From a bacterium (GTDB lineage Bacteria > Patescibacteriota > Minisyncoccia > JAHIHE01), in NCBI GenBank assembly GCA_030693205.1, contig JAUYBG010000010.1:130059-194058 (forward strand): DNA of 64,000 bases. The letters run 5' to 3'. Of this stretch, positions 51,178 through 61,558 are shown one piece after another. The notes beneath the pieces are model-generated. The model was not told the DNA's origin, ran no database searches, and was given only the letters and a program-made list of their open reading frames with translations. The translations under genes and the position numbers were made by a program. Each line of letters begins with the position of its first letter. Position 1 is the stretch's first letter.

Positions 51178-51607
51178 AAATCCGCTGAAAGCGGATTAAC
51201 CACATAACCAATAACCATAACTAATAACAATTTGGTTATCGGTTATAAGTTATCGATTATTAGTTATTTTGGTCGCAATTGCTGAACGAAGCTCGAACCT
51301 TTTTTGAACAAAAAATGCTTGATTAGCTCCGCTCCGCGTTTCCGCCCGCCGAACTTCGGCAAGCAAAGCAAAACAATTTTCTTTCAATTTTTTAACGCCC
51401 GCCCGCCAAATTTTTCTTAAAAGGAATTGAAAATTGTTTTGCTTTGATGTCTTGATACCAAGACGGCGGGAACGCTTCACTTCGGCTCGGGCGTGGCGGA
51501 ATTCCTCCCCCCAACCCCCTCCTTCCGCCACGCCCTCGCTCGGACTGCCCTTTTTTTCGGCGGAATTGGAGGCCGTGCCAATTTCATTGGCGCGCCGCCT
51601 CAAATTT

Positions 51608-53152
51608 TCAATCTTTTCTGTATCCTACACGAATTATCGGAATATATCCAGCATTAGCACATTGCCGTTGCCATTCGGCAATCTTTATTAAAAATATCAG
51701 TGATTTGATTTCCGATATTTTTTTTATTTCTGTCTGTCTATCAAAAATGAGCCAAAGACAAATTTCTTTTGGCTTTATTTCTTGATCATTGATTTGGATT
51801 GTTGATGTTTGACTTTGTAAAATTTTTATCGTAGCAAGGGCTTGGTCTACTACATACCCCAGTTTTTGCGGAGTGCCAATTTTTACAAAATATGCAACAT
51901 TATCTTTGTATAAATCCATTTTTTCTATTTTGTATTGCTGTTGAAGTGTTGCAATATCTCGATCTAAATTTTTGTAGCCTTCATTTTCTCGCAAAGAATT
52001 AAAATAATACTCGGCGTAGCCATGCGATGTTCTTTCTTTATCAGATAAGGCATTACGCCATTGTGTAAATGCTGAATTGGAAAAATTGATGTCAGAAATT
52101 TCGACTTTAATTCGCTCATCAATTTGTTTTTTTAAAAATTCAATATAATTTTGATTGAAAATGTGCCATTTGCCGTCAAGCAAAAAATGTCTATCATCAT
52201 CAACATAATCAAGAAAATATTTTAATGGTTTTGTATATCCTTTGTTATGCTCATCTGAAACTTTAACTTTGATGTCATTGATACTTGTCGTCAAATTTAT
52301 ATTTTGCTGATTAACAAAATTTCGGAGAGTAGCAAGATTAAGCTCTCCGTCAATGTCTTGACGCTGACGATTGAAAATAAAGCGATATTGATTTTTATCA
52401 AGAAATACAAAATCAACACCAGAAACTGTTGCCTCTGATGGTTGAAGCCCAGCATTTGTGCTATTTAAAATCTCCTGTGCTAACTTTTGATCTAATTCCG
52501 CAATTTTTGTTTCATCGTTTATGGTGGTAGCGCGTGGCAAAACAATTTTTGCTTCTTTCTGTAATTCTTCTTCGACAGATTTTATCAACTCCGGCAAGTC
52601 GTCAGGGATAATTTCAAGGTGTAATTGAGCAGAATTTCCAAAACTGCCAACCTCGCCCCATTTTTCATCATCTATTGTTTTTGCTTTTACATAGTGAATT
52701 GACTCGCCACTATCATATTCAAATTCACTATTTTCTTGATACGAAATAATTGTCTTGCTTTTCTTCCCGCCAAACAATTTTGAATTTTTAAGTTTTAGGT
52801 TGTTGTTATCTGCAATTCTCTCCGCAAGATTTATTCCAAAATCAGTATCACAAAAATCTTTTAGATAGAAATGCGACTTACCCATACTGATTGCATAAAG
52901 CAAAGAGGTATTTGAAATAAGAAAAATCGCAAAATATGCTTTATTTGTTAGCTTTTCATCGGTGCCAAGATATTCGGCATATAAATCCGTCCACCAAATA
53001 TCAATATCTTCTGGCTTTTTTGAGAGATAAAGCGAAAGAGTAAAATCATTTATTATTTTTTGACCGGAACGCGAAAGACCGACGGCTTCTAATTTTTCCA
53101 ATAAAGCCGCTTCTTTTGTTTTATCAATTTTGTAGATATTGTATTTCGCCAT
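51608..53152 (-). CDS. DUF6119/TIGR04141-like putative nuclease
   Basis: YNIYK start, DFGINLAER motif and a C-terminal E..D..VK nuclease-like motif; sits in an RM island. Confidence 0.65.
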   Translation of the reverse strand: MAKYNIYKIDKTKEAALLEKLEAVGLSRSGQKIINDFTLSLYLSKKPEDIDIWWTDLYAEYLGTDEKLTNKAYFAIFLISNTSLLYAISMGKSHFYLKDFCDTDFGINLAERIADNNNLKLKNSKLFGGKKSKTIISYQENSEFEYDSGESIHYVKAKTIDDEKWGEVGSFGNSAQLHLEIIPDDLPELIKSVEEELQKEAKIVLPRATTINDETKIAELDQKLAQEILNSTNAGLQPSEATVSGVDFVFLDKNQYRFIFNRQRQDIDGELNLATLRNFVNQQNINLTTSINDIKVKVSDEHNKGYTKPLKYFLDYVDDDRHFLLDGKWHIFNQNYIEFLKKQIDERIKVEISDINFSNSAFTQWRNALSDKERTSHGYAEYYFNSLRENEGYKNLDRDIATLQQQYKIEKMDLYKDNVAYFVKIGTPQKLGYVVDQALATIKILQSQTSTIQINDQEIKPKEICLWLIFDRQTEIKKISEIKSLIFLIKIAEWQRQCANAGYIPIIRVGYRKD

Positions 53153-53155
53153 AAT

Positions 53156-55510
53156 TTAGTTTAAATCCTCAAACTTCTTCCAATTCTTATCTAACTTACC
53201 CGGAATGTATTTATAATCTTTTGAATCGTTATAATGCCAAATTCCACCCTCTTTTAAAACTATCCCGCCTACAAAATTTTTACCAAGCTCTTTTAATTTT
53301 TCTGCTAAAGCCGGTGCCCGACCCTCGGTGTCGGTAGCAGTTCTTCCGCTCTTTGTATCAAAAATGCCAACCTTGCCGTCTTTGAATTTTATAATCCAAT
53401 CGGGATAGAAAAGAGAAAATTTTTGATCGGCAGTATTGAAGTATTTTATCGCAAAATATTCTTGGCCGATTTCTTGTTTAAACCACCAGTCAATTTTATT
53501 TTTCTTGCCATCAATATAACTGATAAATTCAGTTTCATTTGGTTTTCCGTCATATTCTTTTCTTATGTAAAAATTTTCTAAAACATTAAGCGTCACAGAC
53601 GAATTTTCATAATCTTCTGTATAACTATAACTTTCTTGAATAGTAAAAATTGGAGCTTCCTTTTCCTCGCCCTTTTTCGCTCTTTCAGCCAATATCTTTT
53701 CTAAAATTGGTCTATAATTTTTTAGGGAATGTGTAAGGGCTGGACGAAAAACGCTAGTTGCACCTTTTTGTATATCCTTTATAAAAACACGATAATAGTA
53801 ATCACAATTTTCACCTAAAACGCTTTTGAACCAAACTCTAACCGCCTTTTTCAACGGACTCCAAGATCGAGCAATGTTCGTTATTTTTGCCTTATCTTCC
53901 GTTTGTTCTTTCAGTAGTTGGAAACATAAATAATTAAAAGTTTTTTCAACATCATTTTGGGACATTTCCAAAGATACATCATGTCCTTTTTTCTGGAATT
54001 CAAAATTGATTCTGTCGTAATCTTCAAATTGTGCGTCAACAATTATCTGGTTAGTAATTGAAGAATCTAAATCAAATCCTTTTTTGGATAGTTTTTTTTC
54101 CGCTTTTCCAAAGATATCATCTTTATCAATTACAAAATAACTATTCATTGATTTGATAAAACTTGCTTGAAATTTTGCGGAATTACTTAAATCTCCATAA
54201 TCAACGCGCGAAACATAAGCAGATTGAAGTTGGATATTCTTTATTCCCTTTTTTCTTTTTGAAATATAAACTGCCGGTTTATTTTGTGTTTTATCAATCC
54301 AATTGTCGGTTATGTCTTTTCTGTTGTAGTTTGTGTATAGGTAACCAATTCTTAAATTTGGGCTACTTTTATAATCTTCTTTCAGATTTGGCTCTGGCAT
54401 TCTCAAAATTCTGCCAACTGTTTGGATATAACGCTGTTCAACTCTAACATTTCTAAACATCACTAACACATGAGCGCGCGGGCAATCCCAACCTGTGCCA
54501 GCGGCAAGTTTAAAGAGTAAAATATCATAATCGTCTTCGTTATCCTCGATTCCATCCGGTTTAGGAAATTTATCAAACCATCGCCCTATCTTATTTTCTT
54601 TTATCCCCTTCTTTTTTAAATAGTCGCTTGTTATTTGTTCTTTTGTTTTCTCGCCTACCTGCACGCGTTCTTTGTCGTCATTCGGCAGTTGAATAAGTAG
54701 TAAGGGATTAACTTTTTTGCCAAGTTTTTCAAATTCCTCTTTCAACTCCTCTCTTTTTGCTAAACCAATATCTAAAAGCGCTTCGTCCAAATCTTTACCT
54801 TGAAATTTAGGCAAATCTTCTTTTGTTTGGGTAACAATTTTTTCTTTTATCAATCCTTCTGCAACGACTCGCTTTCTATCAACATCAACAAATCCGCCAT
54901 CTCTTCTCGCGATTAATTCGATTTCATCATTGGGCGTTGCTGAAATGTGGACAACGATTTTTGGATCAATATAATCCACAATTTGTTGAGCCAACTCAGT
55001 TTTTACATGGGTATGTGCCTCGTCAATAATTAAAATTATTGCCCTGCCATTCTTTTTGGTCCCATCAATAAAGTCCTCAAAATATTTACCGCTTTCTTTC
55101 CGCATGTTCTCATCATCTGGTCTTCGCAAAATCCTACTCTCGGCTGATTTTGCAGAAACTTTTTGCCAATTCAGAAACAAAATATCATTTTTAAACATTT
55201 TGCCTCTGTTAATGTTATTTACGGTTAGCAAATTATTTTCAAGCGTATTTTCAAAATATTCTTCAAATTTTTTCTTGCTTTGCATTGCAAGATCATCGCT
55301 AAAAGTAATCCAAACAAATGCCTTATCCATATCCCAGTTAGGTAATTTATTAAGACCACGGACAAAATGCGCCATCATAAAAGTTTTACCGCTTCCTGTT
55401 GGCGATTTGAAAACTAAAGGCAATTGCTTGCCGTCTTTTTTCCATAGCTCCGTAAGAGTAAAAAGCAATTTGTCTATGGTATCTCTTTGAAATGGTAAAG
55501 GATTGAACAT
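53156..55510 (-). CDS. Type III restriction enzyme Res subunit
   Basis: SPTGSGKT, IIDEAH, GWDCPRA, QTVGRILR and FYPDWII..DTK motifs. Confidence 0.9.
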   Translation of the reverse strand: MFNPLPFQRDTIDKLLFTLTELWKKDGKQLPLVFKSPTGSGKTFMMAHFVRGLNKLPNWDMDKAFVWITFSDDLAMQSKKKFEEYFENTLENNLLTVNNINRGKMFKNDILFLNWQKVSAKSAESRILRRPDDENMRKESGKYFEDFIDGTKKNGRAIILIIDEAHTHVKTELAQQIVDYIDPKIVVHISATPNDEIELIARRDGGFVDVDRKRVVAEGLIKEKIVTQTKEDLPKFQGKDLDEALLDIGLAKREELKEEFEKLGKKVNPLLLIQLPNDDKERVQVGEKTKEQITSDYLKKKGIKENKIGRWFDKFPKPDGIEDNEDDYDILLFKLAAGTGWDCPRAHVLVMFRNVRVEQRYIQTVGRILRMPEPNLKEDYKSSPNLRIGYLYTNYNRKDITDNWIDKTQNKPAVYISKRKKGIKNIQLQSAYVSRVDYGDLSNSAKFQASFIKSMNSYFVIDKDDIFGKAEKKLSKKGFDLDSSITNQIIVDAQFEDYDRINFEFQKKGHDVSLEMSQNDVEKTFNYLCFQLLKEQTEDKAKITNIARSWSPLKKAVRVWFKSVLGENCDYYYRVFIKDIQKGATSVFRPALTHSLKNYRPILEKILAERAKKGEEKEAPIFTIQESYSYTEDYENSSVTLNVLENFYIRKEYDGKPNETEFISYIDGKKNKIDWWFKQEIGQEYFAIKYFNTADQKFSLFYPDWIIKFKDGKVGIFDTKSGRTATDTEGRAPALAEKLKELGKNFVGGIVLKEGGIWHYNDSKDYKYIPGKLDKNWKKFEDLN

Positions 55511-55512
55511 AA

Positions 55513-57204
55513 TTAGTTAGTACTAATATTATAAATTTGCTTATATATTTCTAAAATCGGCAGAGGAATTGTTTTAATTTTTATTTGTTCTATATCGTCA
55601 AATTCTTCAATTTCTGCCTCATCTCCCCAGCTAAAAATATAAACCGCCGTTTGCTTTTTTAATTTCTTAATCATTTCTGCAAATTCATCAAACTTATCTA
55701 ATTCTTCGCGGAAATATACAGCAGTATATTTTTCTTTATTTCCATCCTTAAATAATTGATAAAATTTATTCTGTTTTGTTAGCTCTAAAGTGTTTTCAGC
55801 AATCGCTAATAATTCACCGGCATTGTGTGCAAGTTCAATTTTATCTTGATCGGTTGCGTTTAGGATATTGTTTTTACCAATGAAGGCGGCTTTATAATAC
55901 TTGAGCGAATTGCCAAGAGCGTTATATTTTTCTTTCTGTTTATTTGTATATCCGCTTATTACCCTTTTAATTCTTGGATAGCAAACACCTTTTAAAATAT
56001 TATTTTCATTGTTAGTTATTAAAATGAATTGCCTCTCTCCCTCATCTTCGGTATTAAGCTCTAATAAAGCCTGACCAGTAGTCCCCGAGCCAGCAAAAAA
56101 ATCTAATATTATTATTTTTTTATTTAAAACCGTATCCAAGAGAGTCTTTATAAGTCCAACCGGCTTTGGATATTCAAATTTATCTTCGAGATCAAACTTT
56201 CCAAGATCATTTTTGCCAACTTCCGACAAATACCCTTGGATTATCGTGTACATGACTTGTCGCATACTTCCCACTTCTTCTGATCTGCAAATATAATGCA
56301 TTCCGTTCTTTGCTTTTTTTAAAATATACTCACCATCAGCCAATTTTTTATCAACTTCGTCTTTTATCTTTTTACCTTTGTACTTCAAAAGATTTTCATA
56401 CTCGCATCTTCTTTCTGTTCCTTTTTTATATTTTCCAAAAACGCGACGAATCACATCGTCATTAATAAAATAAAGTTTCCCTTCTTTCATTAAATACCTG
56501 TCTTTAACTTTTCCAGATTGAAACTTCCGAATATGCTCGATTGCCTTATCGCCTTTTTGGGTTAAAGTGAGATCGTCACTATTTGAATAACAAAGTACAT
56601 AATCGTGACCCCTTACAACCTTCTTTGAATTGCCACCGCCCTTTGCTCTTTGCCAAATCAAGGTACCCATGAACCCCTTGCCAGAAGTGTTGCTAAAAAT
56701 ATCATCCATCAATAGTTTTAGTTGAGCCAATTCATTATCATCAATTGAAACAAAAATTATTCCTTCTTCGCTTAATAAATCTTTAGCTAATTCAAGACGC
56801 TTCCGCATAAAAGAAAGCCAATAACTGTGACGGAATGGATGATCTTTCGGGACCTCCGTTCCATCAGGAAATTTATCTAAAATTCTTTTGTCTTTATAGC
56901 GAAAACCATCAGAACCAGTATTGTATGGCGGATCAATATAAATAACATCAATTTTCCCTTTGTGAGTGTAATTTAGACAGGTTAAAGCGTGATAATTGTC
57001 GCCTTCAATTAAAATATGAGTTGGCTTGCCATCATTGTTTTTTATAGCAAGCTCCGGCACCTCTTTAAGAATTGGTAATTTATTTTCAACATCGTCTTCA
57101 AACGCTTCAGGAACATCCATCCAAACTAAACCATAGCGCTGTTTTTTTACAGATTTTTTTAATCTTTCTATTTCCTTTTTTAGTTTTAAAATTTCTTCGC
57201 TCAT
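55513..57204 (-). CDS. Type III RM Mod methyltransferase
   Basis: IEGDNY, IYIDPPYNTG and LDFFAGSGTTG motifs. Confidence 0.92.
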   Translation of the reverse strand: MSEEILKLKKEIERLKKSVKKQRYGLVWMDVPEAFEDDVENKLPILKEVPELAIKNNDGKPTHILIEGDNYHALTCLNYTHKGKIDVIYIDPPYNTGSDGFRYKDKRILDKFPDGTEVPKDHPFRHSYWLSFMRKRLELAKDLLSEEGIIFVSIDDNELAQLKLLMDDIFSNTSGKGFMGTLIWQRAKGGGNSKKVVRGHDYVLCYSNSDDLTLTQKGDKAIEHIRKFQSGKVKDRYLMKEGKLYFINDDVIRRVFGKYKKGTERRCEYENLLKYKGKKIKDEVDKKLADGEYILKKAKNGMHYICRSEEVGSMRQVMYTIIQGYLSEVGKNDLGKFDLEDKFEYPKPVGLIKTLLDTVLNKKIIILDFFAGSGTTGQALLELNTEDEGERQFILITNNENNILKGVCYPRIKRVISGYTNKQKEKYNALGNSLKYYKAAFIGKNNILNATDQDKIELAHNAGELLAIAENTLELTKQNKFYQLFKDGNKEKYTAVYFREELDKFDEFAEMIKKLKKQTAVYIFSWGDEAEIEEFDDIEQIKIKTIPLPILEIYKQIYNISTN

Positions 57205-57206
57205 AT

Positions 57207-58166
57207 TTATTTTATTAAATCCTCAATTGACTCATTAAAACGAATAAAAACATCATGTTCACCCAAACTCCTCTTGGCGCGGCTTACTTCCTCGCCACCC
57301 AACATTGAAACCACTTCGCACTCGCCATTGTGCTTACTATCCCACAAAAAATAGCACACTCCACCCTTAATTTCTACTCCGGGAAAACAATCTTCAGCGT
57401 TAGGGTGATCCACTAAAACTTTAAGTCTTTTGTCAGACAACATTCTGGCCCGAAAATCATTTAATCCCATACCGCCAGCAAACCATCTTGACGGAACAAT
57501 CATTGAAAGATAACGAGGATTAAGCTCCATCGCTGTTTCTATAAATTTTTGATAAATAGGCGTTGCTTGTGCGCCTACACCACCAGTATCTAATTGATAT
57601 GGAGGATTTCCAACAATGACATCAAATTTCATATTATTAAATAAATTATTTAAATGAATAAATTGATAAGCGTGACCTTCCAAACTTTCGCCTCTGCTTT
57701 GTATGCTTTCGGCGGCGCCGCAATAAATACATTTTTTATTTTCAAAAGTGTGTTTAATATTTTCATAAATGATATTGCCTTGTTCATTTTCAAATTTGAC
57801 GACAGAGTGCTTGCTGTTAGCCGACTTTGAATAATACAAAGATCTCCGAGACATTAAGCTGGTAATATCGGTGATTGCCAAACCATAAAGCATGTTTTTA
57901 AAAATATGCTCCCGTCTTTTGTTTTCATCCGGTATGGCTTTTTCCAACCCAGCCATCAATCTTTTGGCGCATTCACGCAAAAATATACCAGTCTTACAGG
58001 CAGGATCCAAGAATTTTAAATCAGGATTTTGCCAAACTTTGTCAGGCAAGAGATTAAGAATATTATTTGCAAGTTGCGGCGGTGTAAAAACTTCATCGCT
58101 GCTAAGATTAGCAATGCAATCTAAAATATCGGGCATTCTTTTTTTAAAAATATTATTTACGAGCAT
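57207..58166 (-). CDS. Eco57I-like adenine methyltransferase, probably C-terminally truncated
   Basis: DEVFTPP, DPACKTGIF and VGNPPYQ motifs; ends abruptly at ESIEDLIK. Confidence 0.75.
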   Translation of the reverse strand: MLVNNIFKKRMPDILDCIANLSSDEVFTPPQLANNILNLLPDKVWQNPDLKFLDPACKTGIFLRECAKRLMAGLEKAIPDENKRREHIFKNMLYGLAITDITSLMSRRSLYYSKSANSKHSVVKFENEQGNIIYENIKHTFENKKCIYCGAAESIQSRGESLEGHAYQFIHLNNLFNNMKFDVIVGNPPYQLDTGGVGAQATPIYQKFIETAMELNPRYLSMIVPSRWFAGGMGLNDFRARMLSDKRLKVLVDHPNAEDCFPGVEIKGGVCYFLWDSKHNGECEVVSMLGGEEVSRAKRSLGEHDVFIRFNESIEDLIK

Positions 58167-58771
58167 AGTTTTAAATAATTACAGATTTTATAGTTCTTAA
58201 GAGGTTTTTGGGTATTAAACAAGGTATTAAATTCGTTTTTATTTTTTAATTGATCTGTTAATCTAAATTCTTGTCTTTTTAAATTTGGTCTTTTGCCAAC
58301 CGCATTATATTCGACCAAAATAATATCTTGAATTTTGTTCAGCATATCCCCAACAATAACATTTCTTTCCAATATCCAGTTTATTGAATTATAAAACCCC
58401 TCATTCGGCTTTTTAGTGTTAAACTTATATGAATAAAAATTCTTTATTTCATTAAGCATTCGCTCTCTCGCCTCTAAAACATTTTCTTCCGATATATCAA
58501 CGCCATAAATAGAAGCTACCGCTTTAACAACATAAAACTCGACATCAATTTGATTTTTATATTTCGCTTTAACTGTATCCAGCTTTCTTTTTAAAATAGC
58601 TACTAAAAAATTACCATTACCGCAAGACGGTTCCAGCAAGGTATTTTCGATATTTTCCGAAAGATATTTCACAAGATCTAGCATGGCATTCACTTCTTTG
58701 TCTGCGGTAAACACCTCAGCCAAATCTCGCACTCTTTCTTTAGATTTTATTATATTGGAAATATTCGCCAT
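58157..58771 (-). CDS. N6-methyltransferase N-terminal-like protein
   Basis: IKSKERVRDLAEVFT, LEPSCGNGNFL and IYGVDI motifs; no NPPY motif. Confidence 0.75.
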   Translation of the reverse strand: MANISNIIKSKERVRDLAEVFTADKEVNAMLDLVKYLSENIENTLLEPSCGNGNFLVAILKRKLDTVKAKYKNQIDVEFYVVKAVASIYGVDISEENVLEARERMLNEIKNFYSYKFNTKKPNEGFYNSINWILERNVIVGDMLNKIQDIILVEYNAVGKRPNLKRQEFRLTDQLKNKNEFNTLFNTQKPLKNYKICNYLKLCS

Positions 58772-58775
58772 ACTC

Positions 58776-58906
58776 TTATTTAATTAAATCATTAACACCG
58801 ACCTCAAGCGCTTTGGCGATTTTGGTCAGCGTTTCGATTGTTGGGTTCTGATTAACACCATTTTCAATTTTTACGATAGTATTGATCGATAAATCAGCAA
58901 GACGAG
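58776..58906 (-). pseudogene. XRE HTH regulator remnant (5' end missing)
   Basis: Translates as RLADLSINTIVKIENGVNQNPTIETLTKIAKALEVGVNDLIK*, without the first helices or an ATG. Confidence 0.7.
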
Positions 58907-59063
58907 TTTTTATTGCTTTAATATTGTAATAATAGCTAATTTTAACGATTTTGTAAATAAAAATAGACCGTCTTGTGAACGGCTATCTTGAAAGAGATAA
59001 ATCTCGCTTGCAAAGGAGAGAGTAAGGAATGAGCCTCCGAACGAGGCTTTAAATCAATTTTAG

Positions 59064-59134
59064 TGGACCTAGACAGAATCGAACTGTCGTCTCCGCAATG
59101 CGAATGCGGCGTCTTACCACTGGACTATAGGCCC
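59064..59134 (-). tRNA. tRNA-Ala(CGC), copy 2
   Basis: Identical to 51107-51177. Confidence 0.93.
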
Positions 59135-59227
59135 AAATCCGCTGAAAGCGGATTAACCACATAACCAATAACTCATAACTAATAACAATTTGATTATCGG
59201 TTATGAGTTATCGATTATTAGTTATTT

Positions 59228-59301
59228 TGGTCGGGGTACTGGGAATCGAACCCAGTCTACATCCTCCCGAAGGACGCGTACTACCGGTATACTATACCCC
59301 G
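59228..59301 (-). tRNA. tRNA-Pro(CGG)
   Basis: CGGGGTA..TACCCCGACCA; anticodon loop TTCGGGA. Confidence 0.93.
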
Positions 59302-59325
59302 CTATTTCTATTCTAAAACAATTCT

Positions 59326-60837
59326 TCATTTTACACCAAAACGGCTCTTCTCCGCAAGCTCCACCTCCTCTTTTTTTTCTTCAATGACTTCCAAGCTTTT
59401 AGCTTTTAACTTATCCGGGCTTAACTTGGATAGTTCCTTAACTCTTCCGGTTAAATATTTTTTCGTATTCAGTTTCGGATCTTCCAGCACTTCCGCCAGC
59501 AAAACATTTAATATCGCGCCGATTATCGGGCTTGGCTTGATCTTAAGGATTTTTATTATATCATTGCCGTTTAGTTTAAGCATTTTTACGGAAATAGGAT
59601 CCCGGGAAACCTTATCAATGAGATATTCCAAATGCCTTAATTTATAAGGCTTGGCTTTGGGCACGCCGCTGCCCAAGCGATCGGCAATTCGGAGGTCAAT
59701 CAAATCTTTCAAATTTTCTTTTCCCGCTCTTTTTATCAATCGGCGAATGCCGGCTTCGCTCACTTCGTCCACATTATAGAAAAACATATGATTCCTGACC
59801 AAATGGCTGGTTTTCTCGATAGCTTCATTGGAAAATTTCAGTCGGGACAAAATTCTCTTAACCGCGTTTGCCCCCATAATATCATGGTTGTAAAAAGTAG
59901 CATCCAACCCTGCGCCTCTTTTAGCTTCAGGCTTGGCAATATCATGAAAAAGCGCCGCCAATCGCACTTCGAGCTTTTCACTCGGGCAATATTTCAGCGA
60001 GAGGATCGCATGCTCATAGATCGTATAGATATGGTGGCGATTTTGGCTTACACCAATGCCTTTTTCCAGCTCCGGTACAATATATCCCAAAAGTCCGGTT
60101 TCTTTCAGAAGTTCAACCCCTTCGGCCGGATATTCGGATAAAATTATCTTCGTAAATTCATCTCTGGTCCTTTCCAACGAAATCATCGCCATAGACTTAG
60201 AATGTTTTTTTATGGCGTTAAAGGTTTTTTCCTCGATTTTCCAGGAAAGCGGAGACAACTTGTCCTTAAAATCTTTATCCGCCAGCTGGCGGATTTTTCC
60301 CCCGACCGAACTAAGCTGGCAAGCAAACCGGATCGCCCGCGCGAGGCGCAAAGCATCTTCGTTAAATCTTTGGTCCGGATCGCCTACCGCCTTTATTATT
60401 TTTTTCTCAATATCTTCCGCTCCGCCAAAAGGATCGATAGTTTTCCCTTTAGCATTCATGGCAATCGCATTGATAGTAAAATCGCGGCGAGCCAGATCAT
60501 CTTCCAGCTTCCCGACGAATTCAACTTTTTCCGGCCAGCGCTTGTCCCGATAAGCGCCTTCGGTGCGGTAAGTAGTGATCTCAATTTCTTTTAGCGATTC
60601 TTTTTTTGCGCCCGTGACCGCTGTCACAGTACCGAATTTATTATTGCAAAAATTATGGGGAAAAATCTTCTGAATCTCTTCCGGCCTGGCATTGGTGGTA
60701 ATATCCCAATCATGCGGTCCGCCAGCTGGCGGATTTCCGGTCAATAAATCCCTAACGCACCCGCCGACGACAAAAGCCTCGAATCCGCCGGATTCAAGTT
60801 TTTTAATTATTGATTTTACTTCTGTGGGAATTTTCAT
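59326..60837 (-). CDS. cca: CCA-adding tRNA nucleotidyltransferase with HD domain
   Basis: VGGCVRD, DWDITT, RRDFTINA, EDALRL and ALFHDIAK motifs. Confidence 0.92.
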   Translation of the reverse strand: MKIPTEVKSIIKKLESGGFEAFVVGGCVRDLLTGNPPAGGPHDWDITTNARPEEIQKIFPHNFCNNKFGTVTAVTGAKKESLKEIEITTYRTEGAYRDKRWPEKVEFVGKLEDDLARRDFTINAIAMNAKGKTIDPFGGAEDIEKKIIKAVGDPDQRFNEDALRLARAIRFACQLSSVGGKIRQLADKDFKDKLSPLSWKIEEKTFNAIKKHSKSMAMISLERTRDEFTKIILSEYPAEGVELLKETGLLGYIVPELEKGIGVSQNRHHIYTIYEHAILSLKYCPSEKLEVRLAALFHDIAKPEAKRGAGLDATFYNHDIMGANAVKRILSRLKFSNEAIEKTSHLVRNHMFFYNVDEVSEAGIRRLIKRAGKENLKDLIDLRIADRLGSGVPKAKPYKLRHLEYLIDKVSRDPISVKMLKLNGNDIIKILKIKPSPIIGAILNVLLAEVLEDPKLNTKKYLTGRVKELSKLSPDKLKAKSLEVIEEKKEEVELAEKSRFGVK

Positions 60838-60941
60838 AATATATAGTATAGCACAATTTTTCCATTGACTAAAATGAAATTTTTGGATACTATACTTAAA
60901 TGAGATTAATATAGGATACGGTAAATATCGCGACTTGTAAA

Positions 60942-61014
60942 GGGCGGTTAGCTCAGTTGGTGGAGCACTTCATTTACACTGAAGGGGTCATAGGTTCGAG
61001 TCCTATACCGCCCA
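60942..61014 (+). tRNA. tRNA-Val(TAC)
   Basis: Cloverleaf with anticodon loop TTTACAC. Confidence 0.93.
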
Positions 61015-61057
61015 CATTAAAATAAAATTATTAAATTTTTAACTAAAATAAAAAAAT

Positions 61058-61468
61058 ATGGAAAATTTAATTCCAGTACCACCAAAAAAGAAAGATTTTT
61101 GGTCCGGATCTTTTGACAAAATAGAAACGAAAGAAGATGCATTGAAAGTCATAAAAGAGTTTTCGCATGGACTTTATTTTTTGGCGATTATTCATATTGC
61201 GGCATACTTTATTCTGGCAGTTCGGTTGGCAGTACTGCTTGATGGTATTATGTATGTAGTTTTAGCTTTCTTGCTTCATAAATTTAACAGTAAAATTGTA
61301 GCAATAATCCTTTTGCTGATTGGCATCGTCAATTTAATTGTTTTTGTAGTGGTTAAGGTTTACAATTACGACAATGTCGAGGGACCGCATCCGGTTCTTG
61401 TTTTTATTATAATCTATTTTAGCATTCGTGCTGTACAGGCAACTTTTAGATTACAAAAATTACAATAA
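61058..61468 (+). CDS. Hypothetical four-TM membrane protein
   Basis: 136-aa hydrophobic ORF after tRNA-Val. Confidence 0.6.
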   Translation: MENLIPVPPKKKDFWSGSFDKIETKEDALKVIKEFSHGLYFLAIIHIAAYFILAVRLAVLLDGIMYVVLAFLLHKFNSKIVAIILLLIGIVNLIVFVVVKVYNYDNVEGPHPVLVFIIIYFSIRAVQATFRLQKLQ

Positions 61469-61558
61469 TTTTAAACAGTGCGCCAGTTTCACTGACATAA
61501 AATTCGGAAGCAATGTACATAAAACTTCCACCAACTTTTAAAACCCTGCTTTGCGGGG

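Larger units (their letters stand above)
51102..59233. mobile_element. tRNA-anchored defence island bounded by ~174-bp direct repeats
   Basis: 51102-51275 and 59059-59233 differ at only 3 positions; the cargo is low-GC RM genes. Confidence 0.8.

Noticed and set aside
51250-51691. ORFs of 117 and 85 aa
   Set aside because: They overlap a GC-rich hairpin block and the repeat boundary, and their composition is not protein-like.
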